Part shown: one piece after another, positions 26,011 to 40,240 of the stretch
Layout of the letters: each line of letters opens with the position of its first letter
Position numbering within the stretch: position 1 is the first letter of the stretch
Program-made: the position numbers and the translations under genes
Notes under the pieces: generated by a model
Databases searched by the model: none
Told to the model about the DNA's origin: nothing
Seen by the model: only the letters and a program-made list of their open reading frames with translations
Source of the DNA: Auanema rhodensis
Lineage: Eukaryota; Animalia; Nematoda
DNA length: 64,000 nucleotides
Reading direction: 5' to 3'
Assembly (NCBI GenBank): GCA_964057225.1
Contig: OZ059895.1
Coordinates: 20,522,001 to 20,586,000, forward strand

Positions 26011-29000
26011 TTCAAGTGAAAGATAAAGAGATGCGCTTTTCAAAATTAGATTTCGCATGTCCATATTAGTCTAAAAACAAATTTTTATTGATATTGGTGC
26101 ATGGTAACCATGACTTTAAAATTTACGTGAACTTTAATTTATGCTAATTAAGTGTACACATGATGTGCACTTGGTATGTAACTCGCTTCACGTCAAAGAT
26201 AAAGAGATGCGGTTTTCAAAATTAGATTCCCCATGTCCATATTAGTCTAAAAACAAATGTTTATGAATATTGGTGCATGGTAACCATGACTTTGAAATTT
26301 ACGTGAACTTTAATTTATGCTAATTAAGTGTACACATGATGTGCACTTGGTATGTAACTCGCTTCACGTCAAAGATAAAGAGATGCGGTTTTGAAAATTA
26401 GATTCCCCATGTCCATATTAGTCTAAAAACAAATTTTTATTAATATTGGTGCATGGTAACCATGACTTTGAAATTTACGTGAACTTTAATTTATGCTAAT
26501 TAAGTGTACACATGATGTGCACTTGGTATGTAACTCGCTTCACGTCAAAGATAAAGAGATGCGGTTTTCAAAATTAGATTCCCCATGTCCATATTAGTCT
26601 AAAAACAATTTTTTATCAATATTGGTGCATGGTAACCATGACTTTGAAATTTACGTGAACTTTAATTTTTGCTAATTAAGTGTACACATGATGTGCACTT
26701 GGTATGTAACTCGCTTCACGTCAAAGATAAAGAGATGCGGTTTTCAAAATTAGATTCCCCATGTCCATATTAGTCTAAAAACAAATTTTTATTAATATTG
26801 GTGCATGGTAACCATGACTTTGAAATTTACGTGAACTTTAATTTATGCTAATTAAGTGTACACATGATGTGCACTTGGTATGTAACTCGCTTCAAGTGAA
26901 AGATAAAGAGATGCGGTTTTCAAAATTAGATTTCGCATGTCCATATTAGTCTAAAAACAAATTTTTATTGATATTGGTGCATGGTAACCATGACTTTAAA
27001 ATTTACGTGAACTTTAATTTATGCTAATTAAGTGTACACATGATGTGCACTTGGTATGTAACTCGCTTCACGTCAAAGATAAAGAGATGCGGTTTTCAAA
27101 ATTAGATTCCCCATGTCCATATTAGTCTAAAAACAAATTTTTATCAATATTGGTGCATGGTAACCATGACTTTGAAATTTACGTGAACTTTAATTTATGC
27201 CAATTAAGTGTACAAATGATGTGCGCTTGGTATGTAACTCTCTTCACGTGAAAGATAAAGAGATGCGGTTTTCAAAATTAGATTCCCCATGTCCATTTTA
27301 GTCTAAAAACGAATTTTTATTGATATTGGTGGATGGTAACCATGACTTTAAAACTTACGTGAACTTCAATTTATGCTAATTAAGTGTACACATGATGTGC
27401 ACTTGGTAAGTAACTCGCTTCACGTCAAAGATAAAGAGATGCGGTTTTCAAAATTAGATTCCCCATGTCCATATTAGTCTAAAAACAATTTTTTATCAAT
27501 ATTGGTGCATGGTAACCATGACTTTGAAATTTACGTGAACTTTAATTTTTGCTAATTAAGTGTACACATGCTGTGCGCTTGGTATGTAACTCTCTTCACG
27601 TGAAAGATAAAGAGATGCGGTTTCCAAAATTAGATTCCCCATGTCCATATTAGTCTAAAAACAAATTTTTATTGATATTGGTGCATGGTAACCATGACTT
27701 TAAAATTTACGTGAACTTTAATTTATGCTAATTAAGTGTACACATGATGTGCACTTGGTATGTAACTCGCTTCATGTCAAAGATAAAGAAATGCGGTTTT
27801 CAAAATTAGATTCCCCATGTCCATATTAGTCTAAAAACAATTTTTTATCAATATTGGTGCATGGTAACCATGACTTTGAAATTTACGTGAACTTTAATTT
27901 TTGCTAATTAAGTGTACACATGCTGTGCGCTTGGTATGTAACTCTCTTCACGTGAAAGATAAAGAGATGCGGTTTCCAAAATTAGATTCCCCATGTCCAT
28001 ATTAGTCTAAAAACAAATTTTTATTGATATTGGTGCATGGTAACCATGACTTTAAAATTTACGTGAACTTTAATTTATGCTAATTAAGTGTACACATGAT
28101 GTGCACTTGGTATGTAACTCGCTTCACGTCAAAGATAAAGAAATGCGGTTTTCAAAATTAGATTCCCCATGTCCATGTTAATCTAAAAACAAATTTCTAT
28201 TAATATTGGTGCATGGTAACTATGACTTTGAAATTTACGTGAACTTTAATTTATGCTAATTAAGTGTACACATGATGTGCACTTGGTATGTAACTCGCTT
28301 CAAGTGAAAGATAAAGAGATGCGCTTTTCAAAATTAGATTTCGCATGTCCATATTAGTCTAAAAACAAATTTTTATTGATATTGGTGCATGGTAACCATG
28401 ACTTTAAAATTTACGTGAACTTTAATTTATGCTAATTAAGTGTACACATGATGTGCACTTGGTATGTAACTCGCTTCACGTCAAAGATAAAGAGATGCGG
28501 TTTTCAAAATTAGATTCCCCATGTCCATATTAGTCTAAAAACAAATTTTTATTAATATTGGTGCATGGTAACCATGACTTTGAAATTTACGTGAACTTTA
28601 ATTTATGCTAATTAAGTGTACACATGATGTGCACTTGGTATGTAACTCGCTTCACGTCAAAGATAAAAAGATGAGGTTTTCAAAATTAGATTCCCCATGT
28701 CCATATTAGTCTAAAAACAAATTTTTATTAATATTGGTGCATGGTAACCATGACTTTGAAATTTACGTGAACTTTAATTTATGCTAATTAAGTGTACACA
28801 TGATGTGCACTTGGTATGTAACTCGCTTCACGTCAAAGATAAAGAGATGCGGTTTTCAAAATTAGATTCCCCATGTCCATATTAGTCTAAAAACAATTTT
28901 TTATCAATATTGGTGCATGGTAACCATGACTTTGAAATTTACGTGAACTTTAATTTTTGCTAATTAAGTGTACACATGATGTGCACTTGGTATGTAACTC

Positions 29001-29740
29001 GCTTCACGTCAAAGATAAAGAGATGCGGTTTTCAAAATTAGATTCCCCATGTCCATATTAGTCTAAAAACAAATTTTTATTAATATTGGTGCATGGTAAC
29101 CATGACTTTGAAATTTACGTGAACTTTAATTTATGCTAATTAAGTGTACACATGATGTGCACTTGGTATGTAACTCGCTTCAAGTGAAAGATAAAGAGAT
29201 GCGGTTTTCAAAATTAGATTTCGCATGTCCATATTAGTCTAAAAACAAATTTTTATTGATATTGGTGCATGGTAACCATGACTTTAAAATTTACGTGAAC
29301 TTTAATTTATGCTAATTAAGTGTACACATGATGTGCACTTGGTATGTAACTCGCTTCACGTCAAAGATAAAGAGATGCGGTTTTCAAAATTAGATTCCCC
29401 ATGTCCATATTAGTCTAAAAACAAATTTTTATCAATATTGGTGCATGGTAACCATGACTTTGAAATTTACGTGAACTTTAATTTATGCTAATTAAGTGTA
29501 CACGTGATGTGCACTTGGTATGTAACTCGCTTCACGTGAAAGATAAAGAGATGCGGTTTTCAAAATTAGATTCCTCATGTCCATATTAGTCTAAAAACGA
29601 ATTTTTATTGATATTGGTGCATGGTAACCATGACTTTAAAATTTACGTGAACTTTAATTTATGCTAATTAAGTGTACACATGATGTGCACTTGGTATGTA
29701 ACTCGCTTCACGTGAAAGATAAAGAGATGCGGTTTTCAAA

Positions 29741-32700
29741 ATTAGATTCCTCATGTCCATATTAGTCTAAAAACGAATTTTTATTGATATTGGTGCTTGG
29801 TAACCATGACTTTAAAATTTACGTGAACTTTAATTTATGCTAATTAAGTGTACACATGATGTGCACTTGGTATGTAACTTGCTTCACGTCAAAGATAAAG
29901 AGATGCGGTTTTCAAAATTAGATTCCCCATGTCCATATTAGTCTAAAAACAATTTTTTATCAATATTGGTGCATGGTAACCATGACTTTGAAATTTACGT
30001 GAACTTTAATTTATGCTAATTAAGTGTACAAATGATGTGCGCTTGGTATGTAACTCTCTTCACGTGAAAGATAAAGAGATGCGGTTTTCAAAATTAGATT
30101 CCCCATGTCCATTTTAGTCTAAAAACGAATTTTTATTGATATTGGTGGATGGTAACCATGACTTTAAAACTTACGTGAACTTCAATTTATGCTAATTAAG
30201 TGTACACATGATGTGCACTTGGTAAGTAACTCGCTTCACGTCAAAGATAAAGAGATGCGGTTTTCAAAATTAGATTCCCCATGTCCATATTAGTCTAAAA
30301 ACAATTTTTTATCAATATTGGTGCATGGTAACCATGACTTTGAAATTTACGTGAACTTTAATTTTTGCTAATTAAGTGTACACATGCTGTGCGCTTGGTA
30401 TGTAACTCTCTTCACGTGAAAGATAAAGAGATGCGGTTTCCAAAATTAGATTCCCCATGTCCATATTAGTCTAAAAACAAATTTTTATTGATATTGGTGC
30501 ATGGTAACCATGACTTTAAAATTTACGTGAACTTTAATTTATGCTAATTAAGTGTACACATGATGTGCACTTGGTATGTAACTCGCTTCACGTCAAAGAT
30601 AAAGAAATGCGGTTTTCAAAATTAGATTCCCCATGTCCATATTAGTCTAAAAACAATTTTTTATCAATATTGGTGCATGGTAACCATGACTTTGAAATTT
30701 ACGTGAACTTTAATTTTTGCTAATTAAGTGTACACATGCTGTGCGCTTGGTATGTAACTCTCTTCACGTGAAAGATAAAGAGATGCGGTTTCCAAAATTA
30801 GATTCCCCATGTCCATATTAGTCTAAAAACAAATTTTTATTGATATTGGTGCATGGTAACCATGACTTTAAAATTTACGTGAACTTTAATTTATGCTAAT
30901 TAAGTGTACACATGATGTGCACTTGGTATGTAACTCGCTTCACGTCAAAGATAAAGAAATGCGGTTTTCAAAATTAGATTCCCCATGTCCATGTTAATCT
31001 AAAAACAAATTTCTATTAATATTGGTGCATGGTAACTATGACTTTGAAATTTACGTGAACTTTAATTTATGCTAATTAAGTGTACACATGATGTGCACTT
31101 GGTATGTAACTCGCTTCAAGTGAAAGATAAAGAGATGCGCTTTTCAAAATTAGATTTCGCATGTCCATATTAGTCTAAAAACAAATTTTTATTGATATTG
31201 GTGCATGGTAACCATGACTTTAAAATTTACGTGAACTTTAATTTATGCTAATTAAGTGTACACATGATGTGCACTTGGTATGTAACTCGCTTCACGTCAA
31301 AGATAAAGAGATGCGGTTTTCAAAATTAGATTCCCCATGTCCATATTAGTCTAAAAACAAATTTTTATTAATATTGGTGCATGGTAACCATGACTTTGAA
31401 ATTTACGTGAACTTTAATTTATGCTAATTAAGTGTACACATGATGTGCACTTGGTATGTAACTCGCTTCACGTCAAAGATAAAAAGATGAGGTTTTCAAA
31501 ATTAGATTCCCCATGTCCATATTAGTCTAAAAACAAATTTTTATTAATATTGGTGCATGGTAACCATGACTTTGAAATTTACGTGAACTTTAATTTATGC
31601 TAATTAAGTGTACACATGATGTGCGCTTGGTATGTAACTCGCTTCACGTGAAAGATAAAGAGATGCGGTTTTCAAAATTAGATTCCTCATGTCCATATTA
31701 GTCTAAAAACGAATTTTTATTGATATTGGTGCATGGCAACCATGACTTTAAAATTTACGTGAACTTTAATTTATGCTAATTAAGTGTACACATGATGTGC
31801 ACTTGGTATGTAACTCGCTTCACTCAAAGATAAAGAGATGCGGTTTTCAAAATTAGATTCCCCATGTCCATATTAGTCTAAAAACAAATTTTTATTAATA
31901 TTGGTGCATGGTAACTATGACTTTGAAATTTACGTGAACTTTAATTTATGCTAATTAAGTGTACACATGATGTGCACTTGGTATGTAACTCGCTTCAAGT
32001 GAAAGATAAAGAGATGCGCTTTTCAAAATTAGATTTCGCATGTCCATATTAGTCTAAAAACAAATTTTTATTGATATTGGTGCATGGTAACCATGACTTT
32101 AAAATTTACGTGAACTTTAATTTATGCTAATTAAGTGTACACATGATGTGCACTTGGTATGTAACTCGCTTCACGTCAAAGATAAAGAGATGCGGTTTTG
32201 AAAATTAGATTCCCCATGTCCATATTAGTCTAAAAACAAATTTTTATTAATATTGGTGCATGGTAACCATGACTTTGAAATTTACGTGAACTTTAATTTA
32301 TGCTAATTAAGTGTACACATGATGTGCACTTGGTAAGTAACTCGCTTCACGTCAAAGATAAAGAGATGCGGTTTTGAAAATTAGATTCCTCATGTCCATA
32401 TTAGTCTAAAAACAAATTTTTATTAATATTGGTGCATGGTAACCATGACTTTGAAATTTACGTGAACTTTAATTTATGCTAATTAAGTGTACACATGATG
32501 TGCACTTGGTAAGTAACTCGCTTCACGTCAAAGATAAAGAGATGCGGTTTTCAAAATTAGATTCCCCATGTCCATGTTAGTCTAAAAACAATTTTTTATC
32601 AATATTGGTGCATGGTAACTATGACTTTGAAATTTACGTGAACTTTAATTTATGCTAATTAAGTGTACACATGATGTGCACTTGGTATGTAACTCGCTTC

Positions 32701-35700
32701 AAGTGAAAGATAAAGAGATGCGCTTTTCAAAATTAGATTTCGCATGTCCATATTAGTCTAAAAACAAATTTTTATTGATATTGGTGCATGGTAACCATGA
32801 CTTTAAAATTTACGTGAACTTTAATTTATGCTAATTAAGTGTACACATGATGTGCACTTGGTATGTAACTCGCTTCACGTCAGAGATAAAGAGATGCGGT
32901 TTTCAAAATTAGATTCCCCATGTCCATATTAGTCTAAAAACAAATTTTTATTAATATTGGTGCATGGTAACCATGACTTTGAAATTTACGTGAACTTTAA
33001 TTTATGCTAATTAAGTGTACACATGATGTGCACTTGGTATGTAACTCGCTTCACGTCAAAGATAAAAAGATGAGGTTTTCAAAATTAGATTCCCCATGTC
33101 CATATTAGTCTAAAACCAAATTTTTATTAATATTGGTGCATGGTAACCATGACTTTGAAATTTACGTGAACTTTAATTTATGCTAATTAAGTGTACACAT
33201 AACGTGCGCTTGGTATGTAACTCGCTTCACGTGAAAGATAAAGAGATGCGGTTTCCAAAATTAGATTCCCCATGTCCATATTAGTCTAAAAACAAATTTT
33301 TATTGATATTGGTGCATGGCAACCATGACTTTAAAATTTACGTGAACTTTAATTTATGCTAATTAAGTGTACACATGATGTGCGCTTGGTATGTAACTCG
33401 CTTCACGTGAAAGATAAAGAGATGCGGTTTTCAAAATTAGATTCCTCATGTCCATATTAGTCTAAAAACGAATTTTTATTGATATTGGTGCATGGCAACC
33501 ATGACTTTAAAATTTACGTGAACTTTAATTTATGCTAATTAAGTGTACACATGATGTGCACTTGGTATGTAACTCGCTTCACTCAAAGATAAAGAGATGC
33601 GGTTTTCAAAATTAGATTCCCCATGTCCATATTAGTCTAAAAACAAATTTTTATCAATATTGGTGCATGGTAACTATGACTTTGAAATTTACGTGAACTT
33701 TAATTTATGCTAATTAAGTGTACACATGATGTGCACTTGGTATGTAACTCGCTTCACGTCAAAGATAAAAAGATGAGGTTTTCAAAATTAGATTCCCCAT
33801 GTCCATATTAGTCTAAAACCAAATTTTTATTAATATTGGTGCATGGTAACCATGACTTTGAAATTTACGTGAACTTTAATTTATGCTAATTAAGTGTACA
33901 CATGACGTGCGCTTGGTATGTAACTCGCTTCACGTGAAAGATAAAGAGATGCGGTTTCCAAAATTAGATTCCCCATGTCCATATTAGTCTAAAAACAAAT
34001 TTTTATTGATATTGGTGCATGGCAACCATGACTTTAAAATTTACGTGAACTTTAATTTATGCTAATTAAGTGTACACATGATGTGCGCTTGGTATGTAAC
34101 TCGCTTCACGTGAAAGATAAAGAGATGCGGTTTTCAAAATTAGATTCCTCATGTCCATATTAGTCTAAAAACGAATTTTTATTGATATTGGTGCATGGCA
34201 ACCATGACTTTAAAATTTACGTGAACTTTAATTTATGCTAATTAAGTGTACACATGATGTGCACTTGGTATGTAACTCGCTTCACTCAAAGATAAAGAGA
34301 TGCGGTTTTCAAAATTAGATTCCCCATGTCCATATTAGTCTAAAAACAAATTTTTATCAATATTGGTGCATGGTAACTATGACTTTGAAATTTACGTGAA
34401 CTTTAATTTATGCTAATTAAGTGTACACATGATGTGCACTTGGTATGTAACTCGCTTCAAGTGAAAGATAAAGAGATGCGCTTTTCAAAATTAGATTTCG
34501 CATGTCCATATTAGTCTAAAAACAAATTTTTATTGATATTGGTGCATGGTAACCATGACTTTAAAATTTACGTGAACTTTAATTTATGCTAATTAAGTGT
34601 ACACATGATGTGCACTTGGTATGTAACTCGCTTCACGTCAAAGATAAAGAGATGAGGTTTTCAAAATTAGATTCCCCATGTCCATGTTAGTCTAAAAACA
34701 AATTTCTATTAATATTGGTGCATGGTAACTATGACTTTGAAATTTACGTGAACTTTAATTTATGCTAATTAAGTGTACACATGATGTGCACTTGGTATGT
34801 AACTCGCTTCAAGTGAAAGATAAAGAGATGCGCTTTTCAAAATTAGATTTCGCATGTCCATATTAGTCTAAAAACAAATTTTTATTGATATTGGTGCATG
34901 GTAACCATGACTTTAAAATTTACGTGAACTTTAATTTATGCTAATTAAGTGTACACATGATGTGCACTTGGTATGTAACTCGCTTCACGTCAAAGATAAA
35001 GAGATGCGGTTTTCAAAATTAGATTCCTCATGTCCATATTAGTCTAAAAACGAATTTTTATTGATATTGGTGCATGGCAACCATGACTTTAAAATTTACG
35101 TGAACTTTAATTTATGCTAATTAAGTGTACACATGATGTGCACTTGGTATGTAACTCGCTTCACTCAAAGATAAAGAGATGCGGTTTTCAAAATTAGATT
35201 CCCCATGTCCATATTAGTCTAAAAACAAATTTTTATCAATATTGGTGCATGGTAACTATGACTTTGAAATTTACGTGAACTTTAATTTATGCTAATTAAG
35301 TGTACACATGATGTGCACTTGGTATGTAACTCGCTTCAAGTGAAAGATAAAGAGATGCGCTTTTCAAAATTAGATTTCGCATGTCCATATTAGTCTAAAA
35401 ACAAATTTTTATTGATATTGGTGCATGGTAACCATGACTTTAAAATTTACGTGAACTTTAATTTATGCTAATTAAGTGTACACATGATGTGCACTTGGTA
35501 TGTAACTCGCTTCACGTCAAAGATAAAGAGATGCGGTTTTCAAAATTAGATTCCCCATGTCCATATTAGTCTAAAAACAAATTTTTATGAATATTGGTGC
35601 ATGGTAACCATGACTTTGAAATTTACGTGAACTTTAATTTATGCTAATTAAGTGTACACATGATGTGCACTTGGTATGTAACTCGCTTCACGTCAAAGAT

Positions 35701-38700
35701 AAAGAGATGCGGTTTTGAAAATTAGATTCCCCATGTCCATATTAGTCTAAAAACAAATTTTTATTAATATTGGTGCATGGTAACCATGACTTTGAAATTT
35801 ACGTGAACTTTAATTTATGCTAATTAAGTGTACACATGATGTGCACTTGGTATGTAACTCGCTTCACGTCAAAGATAAAGAGATGCGGTTTTCAAAATTA
35901 GATTCCCCATGTCCATATTAGTCTAAAAACAATTTTTTATCAATATTGGTGCATGGTAACCATGACTTTGAAATTTACGTGAACTTTAATTTTTGCTAAT
36001 TAAGTGTACACATGATGTGCACTTGGTATGTAACTCGCTTCACGTCAAAGATAAAGAGATGCGGTTTTCAAAATTAGATTCCCCATGTCCATATTAGTCT
36101 AAAAACAAATTTTTATTAATATTGGTGCATGGTAACCATGACTTTGAAATTTACGTGAACTTTAATTTATGCTAATTAAGTGTACACATGATGTGCACTT
36201 GGTATGTAACTCGCTTCAAGTGAAAGATAAAGAGATGCGGTTTTCAAAATTAGATTTCGCATGTCCATATTAGTCTAAAAACAAATTTTTATTGATATTG
36301 GTGCATGGTAACCATGACTTTAAAATTTACGTGAACTTTAATTTATGCTAATTAAGTGTACACATGATGTGCACTTGGTATGTAACTCGCTTCACGTCAA
36401 AGATAAAGAGATGCGGTTTTCAAAATTAGATTCCCCATGTCCATATTAGTCTAAAAACAAATTTTTATCAATATTGGTGCATGGTAACCATGACTTTGAA
36501 ATTTACGTGAACTTTAATTTATGCTAATTAAGTGTACAAATGATGTGCGCTTGGTATGTAACTCTCTTCACGTGAAAGATAAAGAGATGCGGTTTTCAAA
36601 ATTAGATTCCTCATGTCCATATTAGTCTAAAAACGAATTTTTATTGATATTGGTGCATGGTAACCATGACTTTAAAATTTACGTGAACTTTAATTTATGC
36701 TAATTAAGTGTACACATGATGTACACTTGGTATGTAACTTGCTTCACGTCAAAGATAAAGAGATGCGGTTTTCAAAATTAGATTCCCCATGTCCATATTA
36801 GTCTAAAAACAATTTTTTATCAATATTTGTGCATGGTAACCATGACTTTGAAATTTACGTGAACTTTAATTTATGCTAATTAAGTGTACAAATGATGTGC
36901 GCTTGGTATGTAACTCTCTTCACGTGAAAGATAAAGAGATGCGGTTTTCAAAATTAGATTCCCCATGTCCATTTTAGTCTAAAAACGAATTTTTATTGAT
37001 ATTGGTGGATGGTAACCATGACTTTAAAACTTACGTGAACTTCAATTTATGCTAATTAAGTGTACACATGATGTGCACTTGGTAAGTAACTCGCTTCACG
37101 TCAAAGATAAAGAGATGCGGTTTTCAAAATTAGATTCCCCATGTCCATATTAGTCTAAAAACAATTTTTTATCAATATTGGTGCATGGTAACCATGACTT
37201 TGAAATTTACGTGAACTTTAATTTTTGCTAATTAAGTGTACACATGCTGTGCGCTTGGTATGTAACTCTCTTCACGTGAAAGATAAAGAGATGCGGTTTC
37301 CAAAATTAGATTCCCCATGTCCATATTAGTCTAAAAACAAATTTTTATTGATATTGGTGCATGGTAACCATGACTTTAAAATTTACGTGAACTTTAATTT
37401 ATGCTAATTAAGTGTACACATGATGTGCACTTGGTATGTAACTCGCTTCACGTCAAAGATAAAGAAATGCGGTTTTCAAAATTAGATTCCCCATGTCCAT
37501 ATTAGTCTAAAAACAATTTTTTATCAATATTGGTGCATGGTAACCATGACTTTGAAATTTACGTGAACTTTAATTTTTGCTAATTAAGTGTACACATGCT
37601 GTGCGCTTGGTATGTAACTCTCTTCACGTGAAAGATAAAGAGATGCGGTTTCCAAAATTAGATTCCCCATGTCCATATTAGTCTAAAAACAAATTTTTAT
37701 TGATATTGGTGCATGGTAACCATGACTTTAAAATTTACGTGAACTTTAATTTATGCTAATTAAGTGTACACATGATGTGCACTTGGTATGTAACTCGCTT
37801 CACGTCAAAGATAAAGAAATGCGGTTTTCAAAATTAGATTCCCCATGTCCATGTTAATCTAAAAACAAATTTCTATTAATATTGGTGCATGGTAACTATG
37901 ACTTTGAAATTTACGTGAACTTTAATTTATGCTAATTAAGTGTACACATGATGTGCACTTGGTATGTAACTCGCTTCAAGTGAAAGATAAAGAGATGCGC
38001 TTTTCAAAATTAGATTTCGCATGTCCATATTAGTCTAAAAACAAATTTTTATTGATATTGGTGCATGGTAACCATGACTTTAAAATTTACGTGAACTTTA
38101 ATTTATGCTAATTAAGTGTACACATGATGTGCACTTGGTATGTAACTCGCTTCACGTCAAAGATAAAGAGATGCGGTTTTCAAAATTAGATTCCCCATGT
38201 CCATATTAGTCTAAAAACAAATTTTTATTAATATTGGTGCATGGTAACCATGACTTTGAAATTTACGTGAACTTTAATTTATGCTAATTAAGTGTACACA
38301 TGATGTGCACTTGGTATGTAACTCGCTTCACGTCAAAGATAAAAAGATGAGGTTTTCAAAATTAGATTCCCCATGTCCATATTAGTCTAAAAACAAATTT
38401 TTATTAATATTGGTGCATGGTAACCATGACTTTGAAATTTACGTGAACTTTAATTTATGCTAATTAAGTGTACACATGATGTGCGCTTGGTATGTAACTC
38501 GCTTCACGTGAAAGATAAAGAGATGCGGTTTTCAAAATTAGATTCCTCATGTCCATATTAGTCTAAAAACGAATTTTTATTGATATTGGTGCATGGCAAC
38601 CATGACTTTAAAATTTACGTGAACTTTAATTTATGCTAATTAAGTGTACACATGATGTGCACTTGGTATGTAACTCGCTTCACTCAAAGATAAAGAGATG

Positions 38701-40240
38701 CGGTTTTCAAAATTAGATTCCCCATGTCCATATTAGTCTAAAAACAAATTTTTATTAATATTGGTGCATGGTAACTATGACTTTGAAATTTACGTGAACT
38801 TTAATTTATGCTAATTAAGTGTACACATGATGTGCACTTGGTATGTAACTCGCTTCAAGTGAAAGATAAAGAGATGCGCTTTTCAAAATTAGATTTCGCA
38901 TGTCCATATTAGTCTAAAAACAAATTTTTATTGATATTGGTGCATGGTAACCATGACTTTAAAATTTACGTGAACTTTAATTTATGCTAATTAAGTGTAC
39001 ACATGATGTGCACTTGGTATGTAACTCGCTTCACGTCAAAGATAAAGAGATGCGGTTTTGAAAATTAGATTCCCCATGTCCATATTAGTCTAAAAACAAA
39101 TTTTTATTAATATTGGTGCATGGTAACCATGACTTTGAAATTTACGTGAACTTTAATTTATGCTAATTAAGTGTACACATGATGTGCACTTGGTAAGTAA
39201 CTCGCTTCACGTCAAAGATAAAGAGATGCGGTTTTGAAAATTAGATTCCCCATGTCCATATTAGTCTAAAAACAAATTTTTATTAATATTGGTGCATGGT
39301 AACCATGACTTTGAAATTTACGTGAACTTTAATTTATGCTAATTAAGTGTACACATGATGTGCACTTGGTAAGTAACTCGCTTCACGTCAAAGATAAAGA
39401 GATGCGGTTTTCAAAATTAGATTCCCCATGTCCATGTTAGTCTAAAAACAATTTTTTATCAATATTGGTGCATGGTAACTATGACTTTGAAATTTACGTG
39501 AACTTTAATTTATGCTAATTAAGTGTACACATGATGTGCACTTGGTATGTAACTCGCTTCAAGTGAAAGATAAAGAGATGCGCTTTTCAAAATTAGATTT
39601 CGCATGTCCATATTAGTCTAAAAACAAATTTTTATTGATATTGGTGCATGGTAACCATGACTTTAAAATTTACGTGAACTTTAATTTATGCTAATTAAGT
39701 GTACACATGATGTGCACTTGGTATGTAACTCGCTTCACGTCAAAGATAAAGAGATGCGGTTTTCAAAATTAGATTCCCCATGTCCATATTAGTCTAAAAA
39801 CAAATTTTTATTAATATTGGTGCATGGTAACCATGACTTTGAAATTTACGTGAACTTTAATTTATGCTAATTAAGTGTACACATGATGTGCACTTGGTAT
39901 GTAACTCGCTTCACGTCAAAGATAAAAAGATGAGGTTTTCAAAATTAGATTCCCCATGTCCATATTAGTCTAAAACCAAATTTTTATTAATATTGGTGCA
40001 TGGTAACCATGACTTTGAAATTTACGTGAACTTTAATTTATGCTAATTAAGTGTACACATGACGTGCGCTTGGTATGTAACTCGCTTCACGTGAAAGATA
40101 AAGAGATGCGGTTTCCAAAATTAGATTCCCCATGTCCATATTAGTCTAAAAACAAATTTTTATTGATATTGGTGCATGGCAACCATGACTTTAAAATTTA
40201 CGTGAACTTTAATTTATGCTAATTAAGTGTACACATGATG
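29741..40240. repeat. ~3.6-kb block (29741-33380) repeated at 36601-40240, 39-monomer offset (6860 bp)
   Basis: ATGTTAATCT 30991/37851, CACTC 31821/38681 and AAAACCAAA 33116/39976. Confidence 0.88.
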
